Source: the human T2T-CHM13v2.0 reference genome, Homo sapiens
Strand: one strand, 5' to 3'
DNA: 64,000 nt
NCBI RefSeq assembly: GCF_009914755.1
Contig: NC_060933.1
The notes beneath the pieces are model-generated. The model was not told the DNA's origin. It was given only the letters and a program-made list of their open reading frames with translations, and did no database searches. Below, piece after piece: positions 1 to 12,380 of the stretch. The position numbers and the translations under genes are program-made. Each line of letters opens with the position of its first letter. Positions within the stretch are counted from its first letter, which is position 1.

Positions 1-119
1 TTATTAAGTCATGTTAAGGTTAGAGCTTAGGTTGTATTTCGACCATTTGGGAGGCAGCTTAGTGACTGAATATTTGTGATTTCAAGAGGTGGTTCGGACA
101 GGGTACATTTTAAGAAATT

Positions 120-340
120 TAATCAGGCAAGTGAGATGGATCAAAGAGGAGAGCAAATCAAGTCAGGGAGACTGGTTATAAAAATAATAATGTGGGTAAG
201 AGTTAGTAGAAACTTAAAGATAGTGCAGTAGATAATAGAAATAATGAAGAGGCTGTCTGAAGATAATTAGACATCACTGGAGATAGATAATAAGATGGAG
301 GAAATTATAGGTGTCTTCAAGATTTCACACAGAGTTTGGA
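120..340 (-). mobile_element. Degraded L2 LINE fragment
   Basis: Purine-rich run resembling antisense L2 3' region (gagatggatcaaagaggagag...gggagactggtta...); boundaries approximate. Confidence 0.35.
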
Positions 341-870
341 AAAGTAAAGAATGATGAGTAATAGAATCAAGAGGGCAAAAACAAGGTGTCCAGCTTCCTA
401 GTTCTCAGCATATATCTTTATAGCCAGAGCTTGTGAGTGGCAGGAAAGTATTCAACACACATCATGTCTTATATTCAATTGGAACATTTTTTAAGAAGAG
501 TAGCCTCAGCTCTCAGAATTCAAATACATACCTATTATAGAATCTCCAGCCTTGCTGCTTGCTGTCTTAAAGGAATTGGTGATGTAGACAGAAGTCCTAA
601 GAGTTCAGATCTTTATGCCAGTTCCTTAAAGACAATATTATATGTGCCAGGGTTGCTACAGTTCAATGTTAGTGTATCTTTCTGAGTTCATAAATAAATG
701 TTGTTTTGAATGAATGATTTGGGAGTAAACCAGAAGAATTTCTGCCTTTGACAGACAATATAGTTTTAAGGGGACCACCCCTTTCTCTCTGTTGCTTTCC
801 CAGCCCAACATCTAGAAATCCAGCCTCTTTCCCATATAGTCTGTATACAAATAACCTAATAGCTTTACCT

Positions 871-1056
871 ACCATGTATTGGGCACCTGCTATATATCAG
901 GCCGTGTATAAAGTATTTTAGAGCCATTATCTCCTCTAAGACACCCCTATCAGGTAATTATCATCCCAATTTTACACATGAATGGACTAGACCTAGAGCA
1001 AATTTTTCCAAGGACATTCAAGTATCTGACGGCAGAGCATGATTCACAACAAGTTT
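871..1056 (-). mobile_element. MIR SINE
   Basis: Antisense MIR hallmarks: atgtattgggcacctgctatatatcaggc...atcccaattttacacatga...ccaaggacattca...ggcagagc. Confidence 0.55.
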
Positions 1057-1413
1057 AAAGCAGTATCAAAACAACATCCTTGAGGGCATAATTGGGACTA
1101 GAAAAATTGAGGAAGAATATATTAATATTATATTCTAGTGTTTACAAAGCACTCATTGTCTGTGAATGGAAATTAACACACCAATCACAGTATGCTGCCT
1201 CTTGTTCTAATCTTTTCATATTATGTTCAAAGGAAATCTGGTTTTATTAACTTTAAAACTTCAGAGAAAGATGATTTAACTCTGATCCTTAGAATACACT
1301 GCAGAGATATGGATAATGAGACACTCTTCATAAATATAAAGATTAGGCTTCTTATGTCCTGTTAGAGTGTCACACTGTGAATTCTACCTTTCCAGGAGGG
1401 GTCAATAGGCATG

Positions 1414-1790
1414 TGTTGTGGGCTGAGTTTTGTCTGCCAAAATTCATGTTGAAGTCTTAACCCTAGTACTGCAGAATGTGACTGTATTTGGAGATAGGGT
1501 CTTATAAAAATTATTAAGTTAAAATTAAGTCTTCAGTGTGAGCCCTAAACCAATATGACTGGTATCCCTACAAGAAGAAAAAATTAGGACACAGACAGGC
1601 ATAGAGGGAAGACTATAAGACATAGAGAGAAGATGGTCATCTACAAACCAATGAGAGAGGCCTCAGAAGAAACCAGTGCTCTGACATCTTGATCTTGAAA
1701 TTCTAGTCTCCAGAACTGTGAGAAAATAAATTTCTGTTGTTTAGACCACCCAGTGTATGTTACTTTGTTATGGCAGCCCTAGCAAAGCAT
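1414..1790 (+). mobile_element. MaLR solo LTR, MLT1B-like
   Basis: tgttgtgggctgag start; agaatgtgactgtatttggagataggg; ccagaactgtgagaaaataaatttctgttgttt; ttgttatggcagccctagcaaa end. Confidence 0.85.
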
Positions 1791-2466
1791 TGTAGCATGC
1801 TTGGATTCATCCACACTCTGGAACTTGTTTGGTCTTGAGAGGAAAATCGTATCAATGTATTGACTAAGATGGACAAAACAATGAGAGGAAATGTTTTGGG
1901 GGCTCCTGAAATTTGATGACAAGCATGGGTGCTGTGTTTTAGATTTCAACAAAATAGGGAAAGAGGATAAAAGATTTGGTCTGTAGTGTTACTTTCATTT
2001 TGTTAAGTCTCCAGACACCCATGCCATCTGCTCATGACCCCCTCGACACAGAGTTGGATTTCTATGCCTTTCTTACTGCTTTTCCACTTGCCCAGGGGAT
2101 CCTATGGTCATTTTTTCCCTTTCCTCTGAAGGGCCAGAGGGGCAGTCCATTGCTCTTCTGGGCACATTTAACTGAAACTCTTGGGACACTTTCTCTACCA
2201 TTGAGTCTATTTTTTTGTAGCCCTAGCTTGGGCTTGGATTGGTTGTTGTCTTCTCATTCTGCTTTTGTATTTGAAGCTAGTGTCAGATAACAGAGTGCTC
2301 TTAACAGCATTAGCTAGACTGCTGTTTAGTTAGACTGATGCAGCATCATGGATTTAAATCGTTTTCTGTTTTTATTCCTTGATGCTAGGTCTCTACCTTT
2401 CATTCTCATCTTTTCTATAGGTGTGCCATTGTGTTCTAAGAGATCTAAAGTACTAAAAGCAATGAT

Positions 2467-2630
2467 TGCTATTTAAAGAGTGCCTATGATGTGTCTGGCA
2501 TTTCATATTATTAGCTCTAATCCTCAGACCTATCCTAAAAGTTAAGTGTTATCATTTGCCTTTTATAGGTGAGAAATGTAAGACCTTAAGGAGATCATAA
2601 TGAAGCCAAAATCTGAACCAAGTTCTGATG
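2467..2630 (-). mobile_element. MIR SINE fragment
   Basis: gagtgcctatgatgtgtctggca...taatcctca...ttttataggtgagaaa...tctgaaccaagttctga. Confidence 0.5.
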
Positions 2631-2656
2631 ATAAAGTACATCATTTTCCCATTGGT

Positions 2657-2995
2657 CATGTATTTTCCAATTTTAGTCCTTCTCATGGCAATTTTTCAAC
2701 TTTTCCATACCTGTAATATTGTCTGTACTGTTACTTTTTAACATTTGATTTAAAATAGACTCAAATTTTTACCTTTACATGTTTTAAGCAATAGGCAGTT
2801 ACATGTCTGATGCAATAATTATGCTTTTAAAATATGCATTCAAATGAATAAAATCTTACACCTCATTTTATAAGAATATGCATTAAAATACATAAACATA
2901 CAAGTCTAGAGTTAAAAAGGTCATCCATGGAGTACCTAACATTATCTTGTGTGTTATCAATGGTACAGATAGTATCCCTGTAAAAGAATGCACTA
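2657..2995. mobile_element. hAT-Charlie DNA transposon relic, MER113-like
   Basis: Ends resemble MER113 termini (ttttccaattttagtc...; gtacctaacattatcttgtgtgttatcaatggtac...cactag); internal tttaaaatagactca. Confidence 0.4.
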
Positions 2996-3593
2996 GAAAT
3001 TGCTACCACTTCAGCAACAGAAAGAACCCAGGGCATAGTCCAACACAAGCCTTGATATTTCCCGAATAATATTAGATACATGTTTTAAGCAAGTTGTGCA
3101 GCCACATGGAAGTAGCTTTGTAAATATAATAAAATCTATAGCTTTGGCTGATGGATATAAGGCTGCATACTATAAGCCTGCATGGCTTATACCATTTTTG
3201 AAGCTCCATTCTCTTGTTTTCTCCTGCTGATTCTTCAGCTGCCCAGGCCCTCTTGATATTAATATGGGAATTAGGAAGCCAAACCAGGGACGGAGACTGC
3301 ACAGCTGCACAGCTGCAGGAGGGTTGGCTCTGAAGGTTAATCAAATGGATACAGTGCTTGGTGAAGTCAGTCTCTTGACGGAGACAGTGGACAGATTTCA
3401 GAAATGGAGAGTAGGACACAGCTGGTCTACCTGATGTATCTTGTACCAGTTTCCAAAAATATTGCCTTCCCTGCCTATCTTTGGAGACAGAAGTTCTGCT
3501 GCAATGAATGCATTTCTATGACATGCTTTTCAAATTTCTAGAGTCATCTTTTAGGCTGTAAATAACCTGTAATAGACATAACGCCATAAGTCA

Positions 3594-3929
3594 CGTTAAA
3601 TTAACTTAAATTTGGCCTGAGGCTGCCTCTGTACCTCAAGTCCCTATATAGCAAACTGTAACCTAACATGCTATGTAAATAAGCCAAAACCTAACTTGGA
3701 CTATAATAAACAGTTGAGTTTCAGCCAATCACAGGCAGCCAATTTATCACACCATGGTAGTCACTCAGATGATTTGTTTACTTTGCTTCTGTATCCAGAC
3801 TATAAAAGCTCACTGCTAACACTGCTGGGTGGTGCTTTCTAAACCTCCACTGGTTTAAGATGTTGCTCCATTCATGAATTGTTCTTTGCTCAAATAAACT
3901 CTATAATTTCTCTGAAGTTTTTGTTTGTT

Positions 3930-3965
<36 letters not shown>

Positions 3966-3966
3966 A
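3594..3966 (+). mobile_element. ERV1 solo LTR, MER57(E)-like, with T31 tract near its 3' end
   Basis: gttaaattaacttaaatttggcctgaggctgcctctgtacct; gagtttcagccaatcacaggcagccaa; ttgttctttgctcaaataaactct; 4-bp TSD gtca at 3590-3593 and 3967-3970. Confidence 0.75.
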
Positions 3967-4239
3967 GTCACTATTAATCCATACTATGCTAGCAGCTCTA
4001 GGTGGCAGGGACCATTGAAGAGAAGGGCTGGAGGAGAAAGACTTGTTAAAGGTTACCAAAACCAAAGAAGGAATGCGTTAAACATAATCATCTCCACTCC
4101 CTCCAGGCTTCTTGAAAGCATCTCTTCCTCACCCTCTTGCCTACAATCTCGGGATTTCCCTTGTTGCCAGGCTCCCTCTGCCTGAACTTCTCTAGGAGAT
4201 TTCAGGCCTCCTGCTCGCAAGAGTAGTATATATGCCCAA

Positions 4240-5240
4240 TGCAAACAAGTCAGTATAGTCTGGCTATTTATTAAAAAGTTAATAAAACCTTAAAACATAT
4301 TCAAACTAGTTTCTAGACCAAAGGACCTAACAGTCTCCCTGGGTTGGACCCCGATCAGAGCAAATGTTTCCTGTTTAGTTCTGAGTACCATACTTTAAGG
4401 ATACAGCCTGTGACAGCTAATGTTATATCAACTTGGCTGGGCTATCGTACCCAGTTATTTAATCATATTAATTTTGCTGTTGCTGGGAAGATGTTTTGTA
4501 AATGCGATCAACATCTATAATCAGTTGACTTTAAATAAAGAAGTTTATCCTTGATAATGTATGTGGGACTTATCCAATCAAGTGAAGGCCTTCAAAGCAA
4601 AAACTGTTTCCCTGGAAGAAGAAATTCTGCCCCAGGACTGAAGCATCAATTCCTGTCTCAGTCTCCAGCCTGTCAACCTGCCCTACATATTTTGGACTTG
4701 CCAACAACATATAAGCCAATACTTTAACAAATTATACGAGCCAATCCCTTAAAATAAACCTTTACACACACACATACACCCTATTGATTCTGTATTTCTG
4801 AAGAAACCTAATAACTGGAGCAGCCAAGACTACAAGGGGTCTGGAAACCAGGAGGGTGTGAAAACTATGGTATGAGGAGTGGTTGAAGATGTTGCAGATA
4901 TTTACTCTGAAGGAAAGAAGTCTGGGTTTGACCTGAGAGCTGTATACATACATTTGAAGGTCTGAAATGTAGAAGAGAATCAGACTTGCTCTGTATTGCC
5001 CAAGAAAACAGAATTGTAGTCCAAGGTTAGAAGTTATAGCAGGCATATCTGGGATCAATGCAAGCAAGAGCTTGCTAATCATCACAGCTGAATAGGATTC
5101 CTTTTGAAGCAGTGACCTCCCAGGGACCAGCTTTCTACCATAACTGTGTTCTGTGGAAGAAAGTTAGAAAAGGGACTCCTTGACTGGGTGAGAGGAAAGA
5201 CAGTGTAGCCTCAAAGCTCCTATCCAGCTGGACAGTTTCA
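4240..5240 (+). mobile_element. L3/CR1 LINE 3' relic, split by an MLT2D insertion
   Basis: Left part tgtttagttctgagtaccatactttaagg; right part ggtctggaaacc...tatgaggagtggttgaag...tttgaaggtc...gtagaagagaatcagacttgctctgt... and a CR1-type tail. Confidence 0.65.
4409..4812 (+). mobile_element. ERVL solo LTR, MLT2D-like
   Basis: tgtgacagctaat...caacttggctgggcta; aacatctataatcagttgacttt; aaggccttcaaagcaaaaactg...gaagaagaaattctgcc; cctattgattctgtatttctg. Confidence 0.8.
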
Positions 5241-5247
5241 AGACCAC

Positions 5248-5460
5248 AGCTAACATTTCTCAGCATTTCCTTTGCACCAGGCACTGTGCTCAGCACCTTA
5301 TGTTCAACTACTGAGGTTGGACAGATGATGCTGTAAGATCAAATGTATAACATGCTAAGGAAAAATATGATTCTTGGAAGTTCAGTAACATGTCCGACAT
5401 CATTCAACAAGTAGAAGCACTATGTTTCAAACCCAGGCCTGTCAGACTCTCAGTGCTCCC
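5248..5460 (-). mobile_element. MIR SINE
   Basis: agctaacatttctcagcatt...ccaggcactgtgctcagcac...ttcaaacccaggcctgtcagactc. Confidence 0.6.
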
Positions 5461-5689
5461 CTACAGCTATTAAGGGGTAACCCTATGTGGAAACCTTTTA
5501 TTTACTGTGCAATTGTAAGATTCAAAATCACAAGCATGGGCCATGAGTTGTGGTCTCTTTAATCTTTAGCATGTGTCCTAATCATCTGTTTGCTTGACTC
5601 CTTTCTATCCAATGTGACAAATCCATATGGGACAGGGCAAGCCCTTATTTGTCAAAGCATTGACAGTACTCTTTGAAAGCATTGAATGT

Positions 5690-6210
5690 ATTCTTTCATT
5701 AAACTAACACTGGTTGACCACAGGTACTAGTCATCTAGGGATATGGCTGCAAACAACATAAGCTTGGTCCCTGCCTAGTCAAGCTACTTATACTTACCTG
5801 TGAGGGCAAATATTAAAATATATTTAAAACATTAATTGTGTGCCTTCATTAATTGCAATTGTCATCAATGCTGAGGAGGAGAAAAGCAGAGTACTCTGAA
5901 ATTAAGAAAAAAGTGGGTCTTTATATCATCTGGGTCTTTATCCCTCTAAAAAGAGGGTCAGGGAAGATATTTCTTAACAAGTGTCGGCCAGGGTGAGAGC
6001 TGAAGAATGCATGGTACTCAGCCAGGTGCCGTGTACAATAAGACTCTGAAATAGAAAGCCACCTGGAGCACTGGAAGAATTGACAGGAGGTCAATGTGGC
6101 TGACTTGTTACGAGCAAAGAGGTCAGTAGCTTACTGTGTGGCTGAAGAGGTGGACAGAGGCCACTTCCTGCACTACCATGGGGAATATGTAATCTTTTTA
6201 AATGAATGGA
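5690..6210 (-). mobile_element. L2 LINE 3' fragment
   Basis: ctagggatatggctgcaaacaacataagcttggtccctgcc...gggtcagggaag...ggaggtcaatgtggctg. Confidence 0.55.
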
Positions 6211-6289
6211 TAAAAGATAGAGATAACTTACTGGCTTGGGACATCCCAATCATATAGTCCTCAAATGCAGTTGCACATGGGGTTTGTGT

Positions 6290-6850
6290 GGTGTGGAATC
6301 AACAGAGGTGGCCAGAGACTGTTATTCCTAGAAAGTTCTGTCTGCAAAATTCACCCCTGGCTGGTGTCAGGAAAGTTGGATATTGGGAAGTTTCCCACCA
6401 TTCCCAGGACAGATAAGAGTGACTTACTGTGCCTAAAATGTTTGAAAACAATATGGTTTGTGATAAACACATGCATTCCTCCTGGGAGTCTGGAATTTTG
6501 GTATGTACTAGGTGGAGAGTGGCCAATTTTTACTGTAACCAGTCCCAATAAAAATTGAGGTACTCAGTCTCTAGTGAGCATCCCTGGCAGACAGCATTTC
6601 ATATGTGCTGCCATACCTCATTGCTGGAGCAATTAAGCACATCCTGTGGGACTCAGAAGGGAGATCTCTTGGAAGCTTGTGCTTAGTATCCTTGAACTTC
6701 ACCCCTTGCATCATTTTGCTTTGCTGATTTTACATTGTATCCTTACTGTGTAATAAACCTCAGCCATGAATATGACTGTAGGAATCTTGGGAGTCTTCCT
6801 AGTGCATCTCTGGACCCAAGGGGAGAGGGGTAATGGGGACCCCTGACATA
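6290..6850 (+). mobile_element. ERVL-class solo LTR, MER68-like
   Basis: gagactgttattcctagaaag; cccaccattcccaggacagataagagtg; ctgggagtctggaattttggtatgt; ctcttggaagcttgtg; ggggacccctgaca end. Confidence 0.8.
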
Positions 6851-7519
6851 GATCCTGTGACCCCAATGACCTAAAAGCCCATAGTGACCATGGAATCAAA
6901 TCTTCCCCTTTGACCACAGAAGACCTCAGAAATGTGGATTGGAATGGCCCCACTGCTCCCAGGTAACTCTAGCCTCTGCAGTTGCTATACTACCCTAGAA
7001 CCTAGAAATATCTTCCGTGGTCCACAGCTGGGTAATAAAAATTTAAAGATATATAGCAACTTTCAATGAAGACTCATAATAAGTATTAAATAACCACCTG
7101 CAACCCCCAATGCTACTTCCCTAGATTTTCCAGGAATATGTCATCTTACCTTCAGGAGTTCAGAAAGCCAATTGTTTAATGCTCTGTGGTTTTAATCCAC
7201 CTTCCCTTTATTAAAATGCAAGATATGCCAATGAGTCTTTAGGGCATTTCAGTTTTATGTCTTCATATTAAGCCAGCCAATGTGATGGTCTAAATACCCT
7301 CCTTTCTATGCCTTCAATTTGTTATTCAAGAGCAAGAAAAATTTTATATTCTGCTCATTGCAAGAACATCAATACAAACACAGCATAAAACCATACAAAA
7401 ACAGATTTTTCAAAACATATGCCAACTTCACTACAGCCAGTGGAGTGATGCTTAAAACTGCTGATTTGCTTTCTAAATACTTTTGTTTCTTTGAGCAAAT
7501 GCAAATTCAATATACTTAC

Positions 7520-7913
7520 TGCTATGAATTTAATGTATCCCACAAAATTCATGTGTAGGAAATTTTATCCTCAACCCAACAGTGTTGAGAAGAGGGACCT
7601 TTAAGAGGTTATTAGGTCATAAGGGCTCTACTTCCATGAATGAATTAATGCCGTTATCATGGGAGTGGATTAGTTATCTCAGGAGTTGGTTCCTGATAAA
7701 AGGATGAGTTCAGCTCCCCTCCCCTCTCACTCACACCCTCTCTTGGCCTTCCGCCTTCTACCACAGATAATACAGCAAGAAGACTCTCACCAAATGTGGG
7801 CCCCTCCACCTTTGACTTAAAACTTCCAGAACTATAAAGAAATACATTTCTTTTCTTTATAAGTTACCCAGTTTGTGATATTGTGTTATAACAACACAAA
7901 AGGGACTAAGACA
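7520..7913 (+). mobile_element. MaLR solo LTR, MSTD-like
   Basis: tgctatgaatttaatgt...; ttaatgccgttatcatgggagtgg; ttcctgataaaaggatgagttc; ggactaagaca end. Confidence 0.8.
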
Positions 7914-8244
7914 CTCTTGCATTCTCAGGAGAGAAAAATGGCAATAAAATATTGATGAGACAAGAACTGACATGGAAGACAAACCTTGCTTTCTGAAGTA
8001 ACAACTAAATAATACTGTATCTCCTATCTCTAGAATCCAGCCATACTGGTCACATCATCAAAGCAATCATCAAAGCAGGTCTTGATTCATGTCTATCACA
8101 GCACTCACCTTCCTCCCATGAGCCATTTGGGAAAGTCACAAAGCTCTTAAACCTGACATCCCTGAGGAGCCTGGAATGCTGCTCCTATGCAGGTGCTCCT
8201 TGATGGTGATCAATAGCTTAGCTGAGTACAGTTAGAATTCTTTT

Positions 8245-8830
8245 ATGAAATCAGTAAATATTTATTGGGTACCTAATTCACACACGGCACGTGCTGTGTG
8301 TTGAAAGTGACATGGTCCTTGATGTTTAGAAACTGTCAGGCCTGGATGTGTAATCGCATGTTACAATATAATGAAATGGCAGGACTGTGTTGTTAAGTAA
8401 CAAATGTAAATTAATGTTATAAGGTCAGTGAAGGGAGAATGCCCTGTGGACTGTAAAAATCTTCATGGGAGGAATCTATACTGAAAGATGAGGATTGGAG
8501 GGATTCAATAGTCAGAGGCAGGAGAGCATAGCTAATGGAGTTAATAATGAGCATAAATGCACATTCAGGAGACATTCAGTAGACAAAGATGGCTGAGGGG
8601 GCTGAGGGGAGGGTGGCTGTAGGGACTATTGCAAGATAAAGCTGGAAATGTAGACTGAGAACACCTGAGAATGCAGTATAAAAAGACTGGCATTCCTCTT
8701 GCTGATAAAGAAACACCGCCAAAGGTGTCTGTGGAGAAGTGGACCTTTTTTTCCAGGTGACATTTCCAGAGTTAAGGTGTAAGAAGAGAGATGTGGAAGA
8801 GACTGAAAGTCATTGAATAGAGATCTAGAA
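8245..8830 (-). mobile_element. L2 LINE 3' fragment
   Basis: tcagtaaatatttattgggtaccta (antisense L2 tail) followed by degraded L2-like purine-rich sequence. Confidence 0.5.
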
Positions 8831-9471
8831 AGGACCCAGAACTAAAGGGCACCATGGCATGCCTATTGGAATGAGTCAAATTAGGTTGGAAACATAGGAA
8901 GGGGAAAAACAAGAAATGTATATGATAGGCAACATGAGTAAACAGCCAATAAGAATTTGAAACTCATGATATGGAGTTCCCATTAAAGAAGTTTCTAAAA
9001 TATGATTTTAATACTACCCTCTCATATTATGCTGAACTTCTAGCTCATAACCTTCATCCTAATTGTCATAAAGTAATTCTTTTCGGTAAATCCTTTTACC
9101 TGGGAATTTATTCTCTCTTTTGTATTTCTGATAGTGATTACAAAGTTTTTCAGATTTTTATGTTGGCAAGTTAACACTGGAGGTCCAATAGTTTGGTGAA
9201 GTTGTTTTGAGTCTCTTGCTAATGGTTTAGGAAGTAGAAATTCTTGGAGATAAAATTGACTTCTATACATTACCAGTAAATCTAGATGTACTTTAAAGAG
9301 CTTAAAAAATTGTTTACATTACACAAGGTAAGTATCACCATGGTTTTTTTTTTTTTAGCCACAGTTTTACTTAATAGAGAGTTTTCAGTAGACCAGTAGA
9401 CTATCAAGAGATGCATGATAAAGACATTTCCCCCTGTAGTTTTCAAATTTTATACTCAAGTTCTTATATTT

Positions 9472-9501
9472 GATTATAGGCATGAGCCACTACACCCAGC
9501 C
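9472..9501 (-). mobile_element. 30-bp Alu remnant (5' terminus only)
   Basis: gattataggcatgagccactacacccagcc is the reverse complement of the Alu start; candidate TSD tcaagttctt (9456-9465) and tcaagtgttt (9502-9511). Confidence 0.7.
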
Positions 9502-12380
9502 TCAAGTGTTTAAAATTCAGTTTTCTTTACCTAAAGACATGAATGCATGAATTATAAGAGTGGTTATTTAGGAGGAAAAGCATGTAAAGGTAAGTTTTTA
9601 GAATTTAGACTGTTTGAAACTTTGAATTCACGTCAGTCAGTAGCCATTTTAAAACCCTACAATGACTTCATGTTCCTTGCTTTAATGTTTCTGTTGTAGT
9701 GACTAAATATTTGAGCCAAAATTCCATTAGTTCAATTGTAATAAAGTAATTTTTACAGACATTATTGGTTTATTGCTATCTTCTTATTAGCCCAGAAACT
9801 CTTGCAGGCTGAGATTATGTTCAAGTGTCTGGGGTAGGTTGTGGCACATTCCAGTTATTCAAAAAGTTGAATTAATATATAGGCACATTAGGAGGAGGCA
9901 CATTGGAAGGAATTAGTTTTGAACAAGGTAAATTAGAGGTGAATGTCTAGCAGGAGTTGATTATTTATAACACACTTTATTGTAGCTATGGGATTGGGCT
10001 TGTAAGCAATTAGTTTATCAGAGCTTCCATAATATTTTATGAGTGAAACTTGTCCAAATCTCTGTACAATGAACAATGCCACAAAGTTGAGTTTTATTGT
10101 AGAAGGTAATAGACACTTAAGAACCTCAAAGCTAATGGATGAAGAAAACATGTTCAATCAAGTGGGACTGTCAAGTAAAGATGAATTTTCACGCTAAGTT
10201 ATTAAAAATGCCACTAATTGGTTTAAAGTTCCTTTAGTGTTATATTTCTATGAAGCTCTGTTCTTTCTTAATACTGAAATCATTAAGCATACAAGAACAA
10301 AATTATTCCTTCTTAAATACCACTTTAATGAGTGAATCAATGAATTAGCCCTCTGAACACGGGAGAGTTAAGGGACCATCTGTGCTGCTACTGACCAGCT
10401 AATACAGTCAAATCACAATCACAGAATTCTGTGACTCAGTTGCTCATCTTACATTTCTAAACAATGGGGCCAAAATGTATTCTAAGTATTTTTAGGGCAT
10501 ATTATTAAGTGAATTCATTAAAAGCATCTATTGATGATTACAGCAAAACATAACTTACCTAAAATATCACTCATCAAATCACTTCAATTGTCCAAAGCAA
10601 TCCTGGTAACCAGGAGATTAAGGAAAGCAAACAAAATTTGTATCACATGTCTGTGCACTGAAACTCATGCATTTTATACACAAGAACACACTCCACTCTT
10701 CACACAGAGTCTAATTTGCACACACTTTCTTATCAGCTTTCTAAGTCCACAGTAGGAGAGCAGCAACACAATACGTGTGAGCCTGGGCATTTCTAGAGAC
10801 TGATATGCTAGAAAAACAAGCGATGACATATGGCAGTGGGATACTAAGAGAAGAGATCAAAAATCCAACAAATGCAGACATAAAACTGAACCAGCACAGC
10901 CATCTGGGACTTAAGTGTAGGGGAAAACTGCTGTCTATGCATCAGTACTTCTCAAGAATGAGGCATTGTTTATGTAATGATGGCCCCTAGTCACCCAGAT
11001 TGCTTTGCTTCAGAAAGGACAGAAACGTATCACATATTTGAGAAATGTTCCTACCTATATGTTTAAAGTTAGAAAAAATAAGCTTCAAAACTTTACAGTT
11101 ATAAATTCTATCTTCTGAAACATTCACTAAAGTGAAATACTTCATATCTTGATGACAATAATACCTAAACAAGATTTGACTTAGTGACCTTTATTATTCA
11201 AATATCGGCAAACTTGGCTATGGCATAGTTTGACACCTGAGAAATGCTAAGTTTCCTGAGAAACTGAGATGTGGTCTGATTTTCATACCAAGAGATAAAA
11301 TCATAAGAAATGGATTCTGTGCAGACTTTCCAAGAAATTGCCCATTAACTTGATATTTGAAATTGTAAAAAATTCCATGACACAGGTCTTCCCGGTCATA
11401 AATAATGGATTCTATAAATGTTTGTGAATGGGGTCGTGGCAGATAGGATGCAGTCGTTAAGTTGTTTTAATACTGTTTTGCAACAGCTTAGAACAGAGAG
11501 GGCCTCTGATGGTCTTATATACAGAGTGGGGTCACATTTCATGTTGCTGTATAATTAACAACTCTGAGTTTTGGCATATCAAGATGTACACTGTTAATTA
11601 CTGCTGACTAGCACTGAAGGCTGTTGAATATTAAATTATTCTCTTTTTTATGAGATGTAGAATCATGACTGAATGCAGTTTATTCTTCAGACCACCTTTT
11701 CCTATGTGGTCTATCCACAGGTTTTCCCCCTGTCAGTCTCTCTTGGCCCCTGTTCCCTCTTTTTATCTAGTCTCACTAGTGTCCACTCTTTGTTCATCTC
11801 TCTGAAATCAAAAGTTAACACCTTATAAGCTACACATTCATAACCCATATCAGTTATCATTCTTTTTGTTCTACAGATAGAGGTTTGGGAAAAAAACTGT
11901 TTCCTTCTATTGATTTTAGGGTTAGTGCCACGGTACCACATTTCAACCCATGAAGGCATTAATACAGTTCTGTCAGCTCTTGAAACTCCCACATGCATAA
12001 AAGCACTCCAACGATAGGCAAGAATATACCCCCACAGGCCTAAAACCTGACAGTGAACATGTACAGAAGTCAAGATGGCTTCAGACAAAACAAGGAGGCA
12101 ATTAACTTCTAGGTTCCTTACACTGTGTATAGTATTTTCAAAGAATTTTTTTTTTTAACTAGCAAGGCAGCAGATATACTTTGTAGAAAATTTGGAAAGT
12201 GGAAAGTACCAAGCAAAAATTAAATTCCACTATTGCATGATCCAGAGATAACTGCTGTTGATCTTTTAGTATATAACCATCTAGTCTTTTGTCATTGAAA
12301 AACATATGAGTGGTGTTTCTTCATTTGAGAACTCATGTTGAAGTGCAGAAGTTAGCAGGAAAAGACTCCATAGAAAGAAA

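Noticed and set aside
3925-4185. T31 tract and poly-Phe ORF as a processed-pseudogene tail or gene
   Set aside because: The T run lies inside the T-rich 3' end of the MER57-like LTR, within its gtca TSDs, so it is a mononucleotide expansion.
5654-5696. Imperfect 22-bp tandem duplication (similar case at about 63945-63980)
   Set aside because: Only two degenerate units; ordinary slippage with no array structure.
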